From Candidatus Magasanikiibacteriota bacterium (GTDB taxonomy: Bacteria; Patescibacteriota; Patescibacteriia; Magasanikbacterales; 2-02-FULL-50-9b), in assembly GCA_023246755.1 (NCBI GenBank), contig JAHFHU010000002.1, positions 3,702-67,701 on the forward strand: 64,000 nucleotides of DNA, read 5' to 3'. Position numbers and translations under genes: made by a program. Shown piece after piece: positions 1-9,457 of the stretch; position 1 is the stretch's first letter; every line of letters begins with the position of its first letter. The notes under the pieces were generated by a model. The model was not told the origin of the DNA. It saw only the letters and a program-made list of their open reading frames with translations, and made no database searches.

Positions 1-7
1 GGTCACC

Positions 8-574
8 GTGCGGGGCAAGAAAAAAATGTACGTTGCGGAACCGCCCGAAATTTTAAAGCACCAGCAACAAATTAAAATGAAACGGCTCGACGGAATTCTC
101 GACGAACTCTCCGGACTGACGCACACCGGAACATTTAAGCCGGTTATCAAATTTTACGAAGGCCTTGAAGGAATTAAAACCGTATTCATGCAATCGCTCG
201 CCTGCAAAGAAAAAACACTCTATGCGGTCGCGGGAATTCAGCGACTTAATGTGCGCTCAAAAGCCCTTTTGGATTTTTGGCTTAATGATTTTGGCCCATC
301 ACGTATTGAAAATGGAATTACAACAAAATTAATCGCGCCTGACACTGAACAAGGGCTCGCGTACAAAAAAACCGACGTGGCGCTGCATCGCGAAACCCGT
401 TTATTGCCCGCCTCAACCTACAACTTTGAAAGCGAGTACCTTGTGTACGACAACGTACTTAATTTGTTTGTATATTCAGAGCACGAACAATTTGCAATTA
501 GCATCACAAGCCAAGCCATCGCCCAAACTATGAAATTGTTATGGCGAATTGCATGGAATCAAGGGTGGAAATAA
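8..574 (+). CDS. TrmB-like transcriptional regulator, C-terminal part (5' truncated by window)
   Basis: KKMYVAEPPE..KPVIKFYEGLEGIK..YLVYDNVL..AISITSQAIAQTMKLLW parallels the full-length paralogs at 21529 and 47220. Confidence 0.75.
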   Translation: MRGKKKMYVAEPPEILKHQQQIKMKRLDGILDELSGLTHTGTFKPVIKFYEGLEGIKTVFMQSLACKEKTLYAVAGIQRLNVRSKALLDFWLNDFGPSRIENGITTKLIAPDTEQGLAYKKTDVALHRETRLLPASTYNFESEYLVYDNVLNLFVYSEHEQFAISITSQAIAQTMKLLWRIAWNQGWK

Positions 575-617
575 AATTTGATCGGATAAACGTGTTATAC
601 TAAATTTAGATAATTAT

Positions 618-1259
618 ATGAACTTAAACATCATTCCCACACGTCCAAGCGGAACTCCACGCTCCTACGAAACGCAGGAAATAGAAGAAGCAAATGAGCG
701 CCTCCTCGACGCGCAAAATTTACTATCCCAAGCGAGGCTTAATTACTACCACGTCTCTGATTTACGCGATAAAAATAAATCAATCTTGTGCGGCGTACAA
801 TCAAGTCCAGAAACCCCGCGACCCGGCACACTTTTTGATCGGATAAAACAGCATGACGCGGTAACCGAACATTTGGTCGCTCGCGGACACATCGCACGAT
901 CGAGCGACAACGACTTTACTCTCGCACATGCGGTCGCGAGCGCTGCGCATCTGTACAAAATGCAAGTTGCTGAGGAAGAACGAATGTTAAGAATCTATCC
1001 AAGAAAAAAAGAACTCGCGGATTTAAAAAAATTTATTCCGGAAATTATACGAGAAATTGAGTCACTACAAACAAAAATCGAGGTCTTATTTCACGAAGAT
1101 GCTGAACAGGAATTTTCTTTGCGTGGCATGCTCCAGCAAATTCGTGTGCGTTTGTCACTCGGCGAATACGAACCTGAACAAGCAGAAAAAATTCGTGGAG
1201 CGCTTGCGATATATGACGCAGCAATTCCGGATGACACGCAAAAAATTCAAGCTGTTTAA
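618..1259 (+). CDS. hypothetical helical protein
   Basis: 213-aa ORF with AT-rich start, filling the gap before tRNA-Met; no motif recognised. Confidence 0.6.
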   Translation: MNLNIIPTRPSGTPRSYETQEIEEANERLLDAQNLLSQARLNYYHVSDLRDKNKSILCGVQSSPETPRPGTLFDRIKQHDAVTEHLVARGHIARSSDNDFTLAHAVASAAHLYKMQVAEEERMLRIYPRKKELADLKKFIPEIIREIESLQTKIEVLFHEDAEQEFSLRGMLQQIRVRLSLGEYEPEQAEKIRGALAIYDAAIPDDTQKIQAV

Positions 1260-1269
1260 GTGCGATCTA

Positions 1270-1298
1270 TTGACACCATCGCCCCGCTCGCGTATAGT
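1270..1298 (+). promoter_or_regulatory. sigma70 promoter of tRNA-Met
   Basis: TTGACA-17 bp-TATAGT just upstream of the tRNA. Confidence 0.8.
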
Positions 1299-1303
1299 GC
1301 GCC

Positions 1304-1377
1304 TGCGGGATAGAGCAGCCCGGCAGCTCGCCAGGCCCATAACCTGGAGGTCGTTGGTTCAAATCCAACTCCCGCAA
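1304..1377 (+). tRNA. tRNA-Met(CAT), initiator-like; CCA not encoded
   Basis: Cloverleaf with acceptor TGCGGGA/TCCCGCA, D stem GAGC/GCTC (A11:U24), anticodon arm CCAGG-CC CAT AA-CCTGG, T loop TTCAAAT. Confidence 0.93.
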
Positions 1378-1412
1378 TTAAAAAACCCTCGTGCAAGCGA
1401 GAGTTTTTTAAT
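1378..1412. terminator. bidirectional terminator between tRNA-Met and DUF2207 gene
   Basis: A-tract, CTCG-TGCAAG-CGAG hairpin, T-tract between convergent genes. Confidence 0.55.
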
Positions 1413-1421
1413 TGTAGACAA

Positions 1422-3407
1422 TTACCATCCTCCACCGCCCCCGCCCCCTCCGCCACCACCAGATGATCCGCCGCCCGATGACCCTGATCTGCTGCCCGGA
1501 AACGCTGATGCAGAACTAATCGCGGATGAAAAATTTTGGAAACTATGGACAAAACCCATATCGCGCGCAAATCCATTTCGTTGTGTCCCGCTGCGTTCGA
1601 TCTCGGTGGCTGACGTCAAAACCGACTCAAACTGTTCGCCCCATTTTTGTTCAACACCGAGCGCGCACGCAAAACCCAAGTTCTCTTGAAACAATTCTGG
1701 CGTTCTTTCGGGTGGATGATGAAACTCGAGCCGATCTTTTTCGGTCGCATTCAAAAAAAGTTTAAACCCCGCAAGATGTTCGACGTATGCAGCGCCTTCA
1801 ACTGAATATCGTGGCATGAGTTTCGCAAAAACAACAATGACGACGAGCAGCGCGACTAAAAACCCAACATGAATCGGACCAGCGATTCCTAAAAAAATAA
1901 TGACGATCACAATCGTCGTTGCTAAATATCCAACGATCCCGATCATCAGCATCGCGCAACCCGTCAATAATTTTGTCACCAACTTCACCACGTTCTTCAT
2001 GAATCCCGTGCTTTCCATCAAACGAATTTTTTCAAATTTATTTGAAAATAATTTCGAAATGCAGAAATACGAAATCCCTGAGACAATCGCAAATAATCCA
2101 AACCACGCGCTACGACTCAAATATAATTCATTAACAACAGCAACAACGACCAACGCAAGGGGTGTCAACAAAAACGCGCCACGCAAAAATTCTTTATTAT
2201 TTTTGAAGAATAACTTGTCATCCACCGTTTCCTTAAAATGTTCCGTAAAAATTTTAACGACGCGGCGTAATAATCGTTTATCCGTTGTTTGAGAACTTGT
2301 GCCGCCATCGATCTCAATCGAATCCGCGTCTTTAAATAACGCTTCGAGCAAAATCTTGTCCTCAAGATAATTTTTCTTTGCAGTGTAAGCAATTTTTTTT
2401 ATCGTATAAACTTTTGAATCTTCAATTCTCTCTAACTGAATCAAACCACGCGACGCCATGTCAATTAATTGTGCGCCCAACACGCCATCGTCGTACGTTC
2501 GATGAAGTAGATAACGCGCGACTGCCGGTGACATATCTTTCGGCGGTTCGTATTGCGCGATAATCGTGCGCGCTTTCGGATCTCGCCCTTTTTGATGCCA
2601 CACAATAAAAAAATATGCGAGCATCATCAAAAATCCAATCGAGACACCAATCACGCTTACCTCGAAAGGAACGGGTTTAAAAATTTCCGGATCTGCGGGT
2701 GGCTGCACCGACGCCACGACGGGCTGCACCACATGTTTTTTTGGCCAACTCGCCACGATCGTCAATCCTTCAAACGGTTGCAGCTCCCGCGTTGTATCAA
2801 ACACCATGCGGGGATATTCACCAGACTCATTTGTTTTTTGTGCCTGATACGCAGTCTCGGTCGAACCCTGCAATCCGGTATATCCATCTGTGGCAACCGC
2901 AGCAATCGGAACTGTCGTCGGCAAACTCACGCGCGCTGATGCGTGCATGATCGGGAAAACCCACCCATTTCCCGTCACGTTCCAATACAATTCATCATGA
3001 TCCTCAAAATATCCGAGCACATTCTTCATCTTATATGCGATTGTGTAGATGTGCTGTCCCGATGAAACAAACGTATTTTTATCGCCGATATAAATTCGAA
3101 TACCATTCGCGCGGGATTCTGTGTGATGCGCACTATCAACCCCATCGCTCAAAATTTTTTGCAAAGAAAATCCAACATCAAACGTCGTTCCATCATTTTT
3201 TTGATACTCCGTCGGAATATCTCGGTAAATTCCGTGCTTGATTTGATTCTGCTCCGCGGTCACAATAATTTTTTCTTCAACATCAATCGAGCCATCAACA
3301 TTTACCACGATATCGGAATGAAAGTCGTTAATAATTTCCGCCGCATCGGCACGTGTTGTTACACAAAACAACGTCGCGAAAACAAAAAAATAAAATAATT
3401 TTTTCAT
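1422..3407 (-). CDS. DUF2207-family membrane protein
   Basis: Signal peptide, HGIYRDIP, DELYWNVTGNGW, GRDP..QYEPP, several TM helices, C-terminal GGGSSGGGGGGGGGGGW. Confidence 0.9.
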   Translation of the reverse strand: MKKLFYFFVFATLFCVTTRADAAEIINDFHSDIVVNVDGSIDVEEKIIVTAEQNQIKHGIYRDIPTEYQKNDGTTFDVGFSLQKILSDGVDSAHHTESRANGIRIYIGDKNTFVSSGQHIYTIAYKMKNVLGYFEDHDELYWNVTGNGWVFPIMHASARVSLPTTVPIAAVATDGYTGLQGSTETAYQAQKTNESGEYPRMVFDTTRELQPFEGLTIVASWPKKHVVQPVVASVQPPADPEIFKPVPFEVSVIGVSIGFLMMLAYFFIVWHQKGRDPKARTIIAQYEPPKDMSPAVARYLLHRTYDDGVLGAQLIDMASRGLIQLERIEDSKVYTIKKIAYTAKKNYLEDKILLEALFKDADSIEIDGGTSSQTTDKRLLRRVVKIFTEHFKETVDDKLFFKNNKEFLRGAFLLTPLALVVVAVVNELYLSRSAWFGLFAIVSGISYFCISKLFSNKFEKIRLMESTGFMKNVVKLVTKLLTGCAMLMIGIVGYLATTIVIVIIFLGIAGPIHVGFLVALLVVIVVFAKLMPRYSVEGAAYVEHLAGFKLFLNATEKDRLEFHHPPERTPELFQENLGFACALGVEQKWGEQFESVLTSATEIERSGTQRNGFARDMGFVHSFQNFSSAISSASAFPGSRSGSSGGGSSGGGGGGGGGGGW

Positions 3408-3410
3408 AAT

Positions 3411-4322
3411 TTATTCAGTAAGATATGGTTGACTCTCGTTATTGATTTTATACGGAATTGTTTTAAACACAGATCTCACGCCACCGCCATCGCGCACCAA
3501 ATCAATCGCGACCATCACGCCCTCCATCGTTTCTTTTGAAAAATATTGATCGAAAATAAAATTACCTAAACTATAATAAATTGGACGGCCTTTATATTGC
3601 TCGACCGTTTCAACAACATGCGGGTGGCCGCCGATTACTACATCCGCGCCCGCATCAATAAACCGATGCCCCGCCACAATCTGCGCACCGGATGGCTTCG
3701 GTTTATATTCAACACCCCAGTGTGGCATCACCACAATAAAATCAGCTCCGTTCGTGTGCGCATCGCGAATCGCACGCTCAACAATCGGCACTGCAATTTT
3801 TTCCGGCACCGAAAATGCATGATACCCAACAAATGCGATTTTAAATCCATTTTTTTCAATCACATAACTCACCATCCCCACACGATTGAGTGGATCACCA
3901 AAATATTTTACCCCCGCAGCGCTCAAAAATTTTTTCGTTGCCTGCAGCCCAGCTTCATTAAAATTATACGTGTGATTATTCGCGAGTGAAACAACATCAA
4001 AATATTTCGCGAGCGCCGGCGCAAAATTTGGATTAAACGTAAACGACATTCTTTCAGCGCGCTTCATATTAAATGAAGTCGTAGTTATCGGACCTTCTAA
4101 ATTTCCAACACGCACATCATAGCCCGCGAGGTGCGAAGCAATTTTCAAAAATGGAAACTCATAATTGAAGTCAGCCCGCTTGACCGCACCAAATACCTTG
4201 CGATCAAGCATGATATCCCCAACAAAAATCATCGAAACATGTTCATCGGCCGCGCGAACCACATTCGCACTGCAATTAAAAAATATTCCGCACACCAGTA
4301 TCAAAGCTAAAAAAATTTTCAT
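3411..4322 (-). CDS. CapA/PGA_cap family metallophosphoesterase
   Basis: VGDIMLDR, GNLEGP, SLANNH, PHWGVEY, IGGHPHV, YSLGNFIFDQ. Confidence 0.9.
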   Translation of the reverse strand: MKIFLALILVCGIFFNCSANVVRAADEHVSMIFVGDIMLDRKVFGAVKRADFNYEFPFLKIASHLAGYDVRVGNLEGPITTTSFNMKRAERMSFTFNPNFAPALAKYFDVVSLANNHTYNFNEAGLQATKKFLSAAGVKYFGDPLNRVGMVSYVIEKNGFKIAFVGYHAFSVPEKIAVPIVERAIRDAHTNGADFIVVMPHWGVEYKPKPSGAQIVAGHRFIDAGADVVIGGHPHVVETVEQYKGRPIYYSLGNFIFDQYFSKETMEGVMVAIDLVRDGGGVRSVFKTIPYKINNESQPYLTE

Positions 4323-4353
4323 ATCAGTGTAAGCACAACCCCGTTATTGTAAC

Positions 4354-4383
4354 ATAATGCCCTGCTCGATGGCAGGGCATTAT
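4354..4383 (-). terminator. terminator hairpin downstream of pnp
   Basis: ATAATGCCCTGC-TCGATG-GCAGGGCATTAT, 12-bp inverted repeat. Confidence 0.65.
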
Positions 4384-4399
4384 TTCTCAACAACTCAAT

Positions 4400-6661
4400 T
4401 TAGAATCTTCCGCGTCCGCCGCCGCCACCTCCATGTGGTCGCCCCCCGCCCCGGCCTCCGCGATCTCCTCCACGTCCGCCGCCATGCCCCGAACGATCAT
4501 CGCGCTCTCGGGGCGCACGCTCCTGAAAATCAGCTGGCGGCGCAGTTAATCGCTTCATCGACAACGAAATACGGCCCTGCTCATCAATTTCTTTGACAAT
4601 CACCTTAACGTGATCACCGATCTTGAACAGATCATGCGGCGACTCAACGCGCTGCCATGACATTTCCGAAACATGCACCATACCATCCTGTTTTGGCAAC
4701 ACTTCAACGAAAATTCCGTAATCTTCAACGCGCGTGACCGGCACATCTTCAAAAATTTCGCCCGACTCAACGACACGCACAATATTTTTAATCCAATCAA
4801 CCGCCTTCTCGAGCTGCGCACCCGGTGGCGCTGTAACTGAGACTTGACCCGTTTGTTCGATATCAATTTTCACACCACAGGTATCAATAATTTCGTTGAT
4901 CACCTTTCCGCCCGGACCGATCACCTCGCGAATCTTATCAACTGGAATCATGAATGTCACAATCTTTGGCGCGTATGGAGACAAATCAGCACGCGGCTCT
5001 GGCAAACAGGCATGCATGACATCGAGAATTTGCATACGTGCCTCGCGTGCCTGCGCAAACGTGTCACGAATAATATCTGCGGTGATGCCGTCAGTCTTTG
5101 TATCCATCTGGATTGCCGTAATGCCCGCTCGAGTACCTGCAATTTTGAAATCCATGCCGCCCGGACCGTCTTCTAAGTCCTGTAGATCAGTCAAAACAAC
5201 ATATTTACCCGCTTTATTTGATGCGAGACCCATTGCCATACCTGCAACAGGTGCAGTGAGCGGAACGCCTGCGTCCATCAAAGCCAATGTTGAGCCACAG
5301 GTCGACGCCATAGACGATGAACCGTTCGACGACATCACTTCCGACACAACACGAATGGTGTAGGGAAATGTTTCTTTCGGTGGAAGCACCGGAAGCAAAG
5401 CCTTTTCCGCGAGCGCGCCATGTCCAATTTCACGGCGACCCGGGCCACGATTTGGGCCAGTCTCACCGACCGAATATGCAGGAAAATTATAGTGATGCAT
5501 GTAACGCTTTTTGCTTTCACCCTCAATACCCTGCAAAATTTGCTCGTCACCGGGCGAGCCAAGCGTCACAATTGAAAGTACGTGCGTTTCGCCCCGCTGA
5601 AAAAATCCAGTTCCGTGTGTACGTGGTAGTACAGCGACTTCTGAAACGAGCTGACGAATTTCTTTGAGCCCGCGACCGTCAACGCGACGCCCATGCTCAA
5701 TGACTTCTTCAGTAATAAATTCCTCAACAATATGTTTCAATTTATTGAACGCAATCTTGCGACGATCTTTTGAAATATTTTCGCGCGTGAAATACGCGTC
5801 GAGCAATTCTTTCATCTTGCCAAACGACTCCATACGTTCCGCTTTCGAACGCTTGGGCGCATCGTAAAAAATTTCACCCGCATGTTTTGCGATGAACGCG
5901 TGCGCAAGTTCAAGAATTGCAACATCAGTAATTTCACCTTCTGCAACTTCCGCCGCGCCCGAAGTCGCCGCGCGTTTTTCTTTTCCAACTGCCGCGCGCA
6001 CTTCTTCGATCAATTTCATCGGCTCCTTCATGTGTTTGCGCGCAAAGTCCATTGCTGCAACAAACACTTCTTCTGGAACTTGATTTGCCGCTGCTTCAAT
6101 TTGTGTAATTTTTTCTGTTGTACCGGTCACGAGCAAATCCAAAACAGATTTATTCAACGCTTCAGCCGTCGGATTAATCACCCACTCACCTTCGATCTGA
6201 CCAACGCGGATACCCGCAACCGGCCCGTTCCATGGAACGTCTGAAATCGTGAGCGCGCAACTCGCCGCGATCACGCACAACGCCTCGTGATCATTTTCAT
6301 TGTCATACGACAAAACCGTTGTTACAACCTGCACCTCGTTACGCATCGCATCGTTGAAGAGCGGACGAATGCCGCGATCAACCATGCGTCCGGTCAAAAT
6401 CGCTTCATCAGACGGCCGACCTTCGCGCTTAATAAAACGCGAACCTTTAATAATACCGGCCGCGTACAATTTTTCATCAAAATCAACCGAGAGCGGAAAA
6501 TAATCGATCCCGTCGCGCGTTCGATCGCTCATCGTTGCGGTTCCCATCACGACCGTGTCGCCGTAGCGAACGGTGCATGAACCACCTGCCTGCGGAGCAA
6601 ACTTTCCTACTTCAATCGTGAGGGTTCGGCCGCCCCACTCGGTGCTAAATTTTTGTGACAT
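4400..6661 (-). CDS. pnp: polyribonucleotide nucleotidyltransferase
   Basis: KREGRPS, RVDGR, RREIGHG, SNGSSSMAS, MDFKIAGT, KH (VIGPGGK) and S1 domains. Confidence 0.98.
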   Translation of the reverse strand: MSQKFSTEWGGRTLTIEVGKFAPQAGGSCTVRYGDTVVMGTATMSDRTRDGIDYFPLSVDFDEKLYAAGIIKGSRFIKREGRPSDEAILTGRMVDRGIRPLFNDAMRNEVQVVTTVLSYDNENDHEALCVIAASCALTISDVPWNGPVAGIRVGQIEGEWVINPTAEALNKSVLDLLVTGTTEKITQIEAAANQVPEEVFVAAMDFARKHMKEPMKLIEEVRAAVGKEKRAATSGAAEVAEGEITDVAILELAHAFIAKHAGEIFYDAPKRSKAERMESFGKMKELLDAYFTRENISKDRRKIAFNKLKHIVEEFITEEVIEHGRRVDGRGLKEIRQLVSEVAVLPRTHGTGFFQRGETHVLSIVTLGSPGDEQILQGIEGESKKRYMHHYNFPAYSVGETGPNRGPGRREIGHGALAEKALLPVLPPKETFPYTIRVVSEVMSSNGSSSMASTCGSTLALMDAGVPLTAPVAGMAMGLASNKAGKYVVLTDLQDLEDGPGGMDFKIAGTRAGITAIQMDTKTDGITADIIRDTFAQAREARMQILDVMHACLPEPRADLSPYAPKIVTFMIPVDKIREVIGPGGKVINEIIDTCGVKIDIEQTGQVSVTAPPGAQLEKAVDWIKNIVRVVESGEIFEDVPVTRVEDYGIFVEVLPKQDGMVHVSEMSWQRVESPHDLFKIGDHVKVIVKEIDEQGRISLSMKRLTAPPADFQERAPRERDDRSGHGGGRGGDRGGRGGGRPHGGGGGGRGRF

Positions 6662-6706
6662 ACATTTTATTAAACGCTACGTACCTTATGGCACGATCGT
6701 TACGAT

Positions 6707-7402
6707 TTACATGATGGTGCGCTTATTGCGCCGTTGATTTTTTTTATTGTCGACGTTCGACGAAGCAACCCGTTCTTCTGGAATCTGCTGTGTATCCCCC
6801 ACAATTTCTTCCTCCGTATCAACTGCTGGCTGATGCGTCGAGGGACGATGTTGCGCAGCACCGCCTCCGTTCTGTTGAATCAAATACTGGTCCGCGTGTT
6901 CCGCAAGATCAATAAAATCATCGACAGTCTCGATAAGTCGACTTGATGAAGTATGACGAAACGCCATCACTTCAACGCGACATCCTTTGTGCTGAAGATA
7001 CTCAACCAACGGAATGTAATCTCCATCACCCGATACGATCACAATCACGTCAACTTTGTCGCTCATGCGAATCGCATCAACCGTAATCCCCACATCCCAA
7101 TCCGCTTTCTTAACGCCGCTCGAAAAAACTTGCAAGTCGCGCTCTTTAAGCTCAATCCCTTGCAAACGCAGCGCATCAAGAAACCGAACTTCGTGCTGCT
7201 GTGGTGTTTCAACAACATACGCCGTCGCACGGATCAAATTTCGATCACGAATCGCGCCTTTCACCACGTTGATGAAATTAACTTTTGCGCCAAACAAATT
7301 TTTAGCGCTGTAATACATGTTCTGCACGTCAATAAAAATACCGACGCGTTGTGCAGTGTAATTAATCTGCACCGGCATGTCCTGTTTTTCTGTTTTTTTC
7401 AT
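6707..7402 (-). CDS. NYN domain (LabA/DUF88) putative ribonuclease
   Basis: IFIDVQN, KADWDVGITVD, VSGDGDY PIN-like acidic motifs. Confidence 0.9.
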   Translation of the reverse strand: MKKTEKQDMPVQINYTAQRVGIFIDVQNMYYSAKNLFGAKVNFINVVKGAIRDRNLIRATAYVVETPQQHEVRFLDALRLQGIELKERDLQVFSSGVKKADWDVGITVDAIRMSDKVDVIVIVSGDGDYIPLVEYLQHKGCRVEVMAFRHTSSSRLIETVDDFIDLAEHADQYLIQQNGGGAAQHRPSTHQPAVDTEEEIVGDTQQIPEERVASSNVDNKKNQRRNKRTIM

Positions 7403-7414
7403 GTGAAAAAATGG

Positions 7415-7744
7415 TTACGCCACTTCTTCCACAATGTCGTCTACGTTGTCAACTTTATCGAGATCAGCAAACTGTTTTGCGGCCTTCAAATTAAGTGCCT
7501 TTACAAGTTTTTCAAAGCTTTGCGCATTCTCACGCTGGAGAAAGCGAAGCAAACGGCGACGCTCACCGACTTTGCGGAGTAAACCGCGGCGCGACGAGTG
7601 GTCTTTGCGATGTGACTTTAAATGGCCGATGAGTTCATCGATTTCTGCTGTCAAAATAGCGACCTGCACCTCAGGCGACCCGGTGTCACCCGCGTGCGTG
7701 CGGAATTTGGCAATGATTTTTTGTTTCTTATTTTTATCTAACAT
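7415..7744 (-). CDS. rpsO: 30S ribosomal protein S15
   Basis: DTGSPEVQVAILT..HLKSHRKDHSSRRGLL; acidic C-terminal extension. Confidence 0.98.
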   Translation of the reverse strand: MLDKNKKQKIIAKFRTHAGDTGSPEVQVAILTAEIDELIGHLKSHRKDHSSRRGLLRKVGERRRLLRFLQRENAQSFEKLVKALNLKAAKQFADLDKVDNVDDIVEEVA

Positions 7745-7866
7745 ATACCTCGCATGCTAATTTCCGCGGCGGGCCAACGCGAGTGTCAGCAGCTGCGGGC
7801 CGAATTTTACCGTTCGGCGAGAATTAAATTGGTTTCGACTGTATCACGCAGCAACAGTTTTGTCAA
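7745..7866 (-). promoter_or_regulatory. rpsO promoter plus structured ~85-nt 5' leader
   Basis: TTGACA(7866-7861)-17-TACAGT(7843-7838); leader has a GCCGAA/UUCGGC hairpin and CUCGC complementary to the GCGAGG SD region. Confidence 0.65.
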
Positions 7867-7904
7867 ATAAAAACAACCCTTGCAAAGCTTACCGCATCTT
7901 TCTT

Positions 7905-8138
7905 AAAAAACTGTCGCAGGCGAGCGACGAAAGATGGAAGTGTTCAGCCACACGTAGGGGCGGGAGAACAAAGCTTGATACAAGGGTTGGAGGCCTGAAT
8001 TTGTGCGTACTCGTTTCTGCCACGAGACCGCCTACTGCGTCAACGGCTCACCGGGGTGTGAGCCGCTGGAAATAGTCGGGAGTAGCTGCAACTCTGGGGA
8101 AGTCGCAGATCACATAATTCAGCTCTGTAGCATTCAGT
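7905..8138 (-). ncRNA. candidate structured ncRNA (~235 nt), unassigned
   Basis: Own promoter TTGACA(8174-8169)-17-TATGCT, several G-U-containing helices on the minus strand, GUCGC/GCGAC hairpin plus U6 end, no plausible ORF. Confidence 0.6.
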
Positions 8139-8170
8139 AAGACGTAGCATACACGCTGCACAAGACTTTG

Positions 8171-9337
8171 TCAAGCATTTCGAACCAACCGCACAATCTG
8201 TCGCCCCGTCCGCTGATCCGACCGCATATATAGAAGCGTCTTTTGTTCCGGCAAGAGCGGATCGATCGTAAAACCCGTTTCCGCGATAATCTCGTGGAGC
8301 GGCAACAACTCGCGCGGCGTAATTTGAAACGGCAATGAAAAAACGAGCCGACAATCCTGTTTCATCGCCGGCGCAAGCGCGCGCAGTGTTTTATTGTACA
8401 GCGCGACGAGCGCGTTTTTTTCCGACGCACTCAACGCCTCGCCTTTTTTGAGCGGACGCCCTAAAAATGGTTCGCTCGCGACAAAATCGATCGAAGCCGG
8501 CTTAAGATGTTGCGCCCGCGCCGACGCGTCGTGTTTAAAAACATCGAACTCGGTCGCATCAAGCCCGAACTGCGTGCGCGCCCACGCGAGCGAGGCTTTC
8601 GTGTCGTCAACCGCCTGTTTCAAAATATCAGACCCAAAAACGCGACCAAAATTCATCAGCGCCGCTTCGGTCAAAACAGTTCCCGAGCCACAAAACGGAT
8701 CGTACACCGCGCTTGAACTTGACTCCATGGCTCCCTGCGCGAGGTTGATCATGATTTTTGCAAGTTTCGGCGGCAACATCCCGCGCTTGGCGTCGCGTCC
8801 GGGCCGGCCATAATCGCGAAACGACCATTCATCAAATGGTTGAACTGCAACGGTCTGGCACGCAACAACATCCGAACTATCTTTAAGAATCGTCAGATCA
8901 ACGCCGTCCGGCGGCAGCAATTTTTCAAGTTGCACGCTTGCGCTCGACAAAATCGGGTCGCGGCTGATCACCGAGCGCACCGGTCGGTCGGTTTGCGCCT
9001 GAATTTCGCGCTTCAACGCGATGCCGAGCCCTTTGAATTCGGACGCGTTGACGATCGAAACACCGAATGTGACCTTGTTGCGCGCGGTGTTGGCACGAAT
9101 CACGTGGTCCGCGAGGTGCGCGACAAGCTCGTCGGGTTTGCGCGAGAGGCCTTCGACCACTTCAAGAATTTTGACCACGCCGCCAAGCTGCCCCATGAGC
9201 CACGCCGGCGATTCGCTGCATTCCACGACAAAAAATCGCTCGGCAAGCAAACGGCCGTGCGCCAAATTCGGAAACCGGCTGACCAATTCCGCCTGCGAAA
9301 GCGCCGGATGGGAGCCAAATTGAAAAACAAGTTTCAT
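8171..9337 (-). CDS. SAM-dependent RNA methyltransferase (Trm11/UPF0020-like)
   Basis: RDYGRP..GMLPPKLAKIMINL, YDPFCGSGT, SEPFLG. Confidence 0.8.
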   Translation of the reverse strand: MKLVFQFGSHPALSQAELVSRFPNLAHGRLLAERFFVVECSESPAWLMGQLGGVVKILEVVEGLSRKPDELVAHLADHVIRANTARNKVTFGVSIVNASEFKGLGIALKREIQAQTDRPVRSVISRDPILSSASVQLEKLLPPDGVDLTILKDSSDVVACQTVAVQPFDEWSFRDYGRPGRDAKRGMLPPKLAKIMINLAQGAMESSSSAVYDPFCGSGTVLTEAALMNFGRVFGSDILKQAVDDTKASLAWARTQFGLDATEFDVFKHDASARAQHLKPASIDFVASEPFLGRPLKKGEALSASEKNALVALYNKTLRALAPAMKQDCRLVFSLPFQITPRELLPLHEIIAETGFTIDPLLPEQKTLLYMRSDQRTGRQIVRLVRNA

Positions 9338-9457
9338 AAATGCAGCGTAGCGCATGTTGCGGCAAAAATCAAGGCGCCACGCTTGACAAAATCACCTCAA
9401 TTTGGTTAAATACAGCTCAACCCAACACGCCCGAAGTGGGCAAAGGAAGGCACATAA

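Noticed and set aside
1422-1500. CCG/CCA-rich repeat
   Set aside because: Encodes the normal Gly-rich C-terminus of DUF2207 proteins.
7953-8035. GTAGGGGCG resembling a RAYT-associated REP
   Set aside because: Single occurrence, no RAYT gene nearby, and it forms part of a larger fold.
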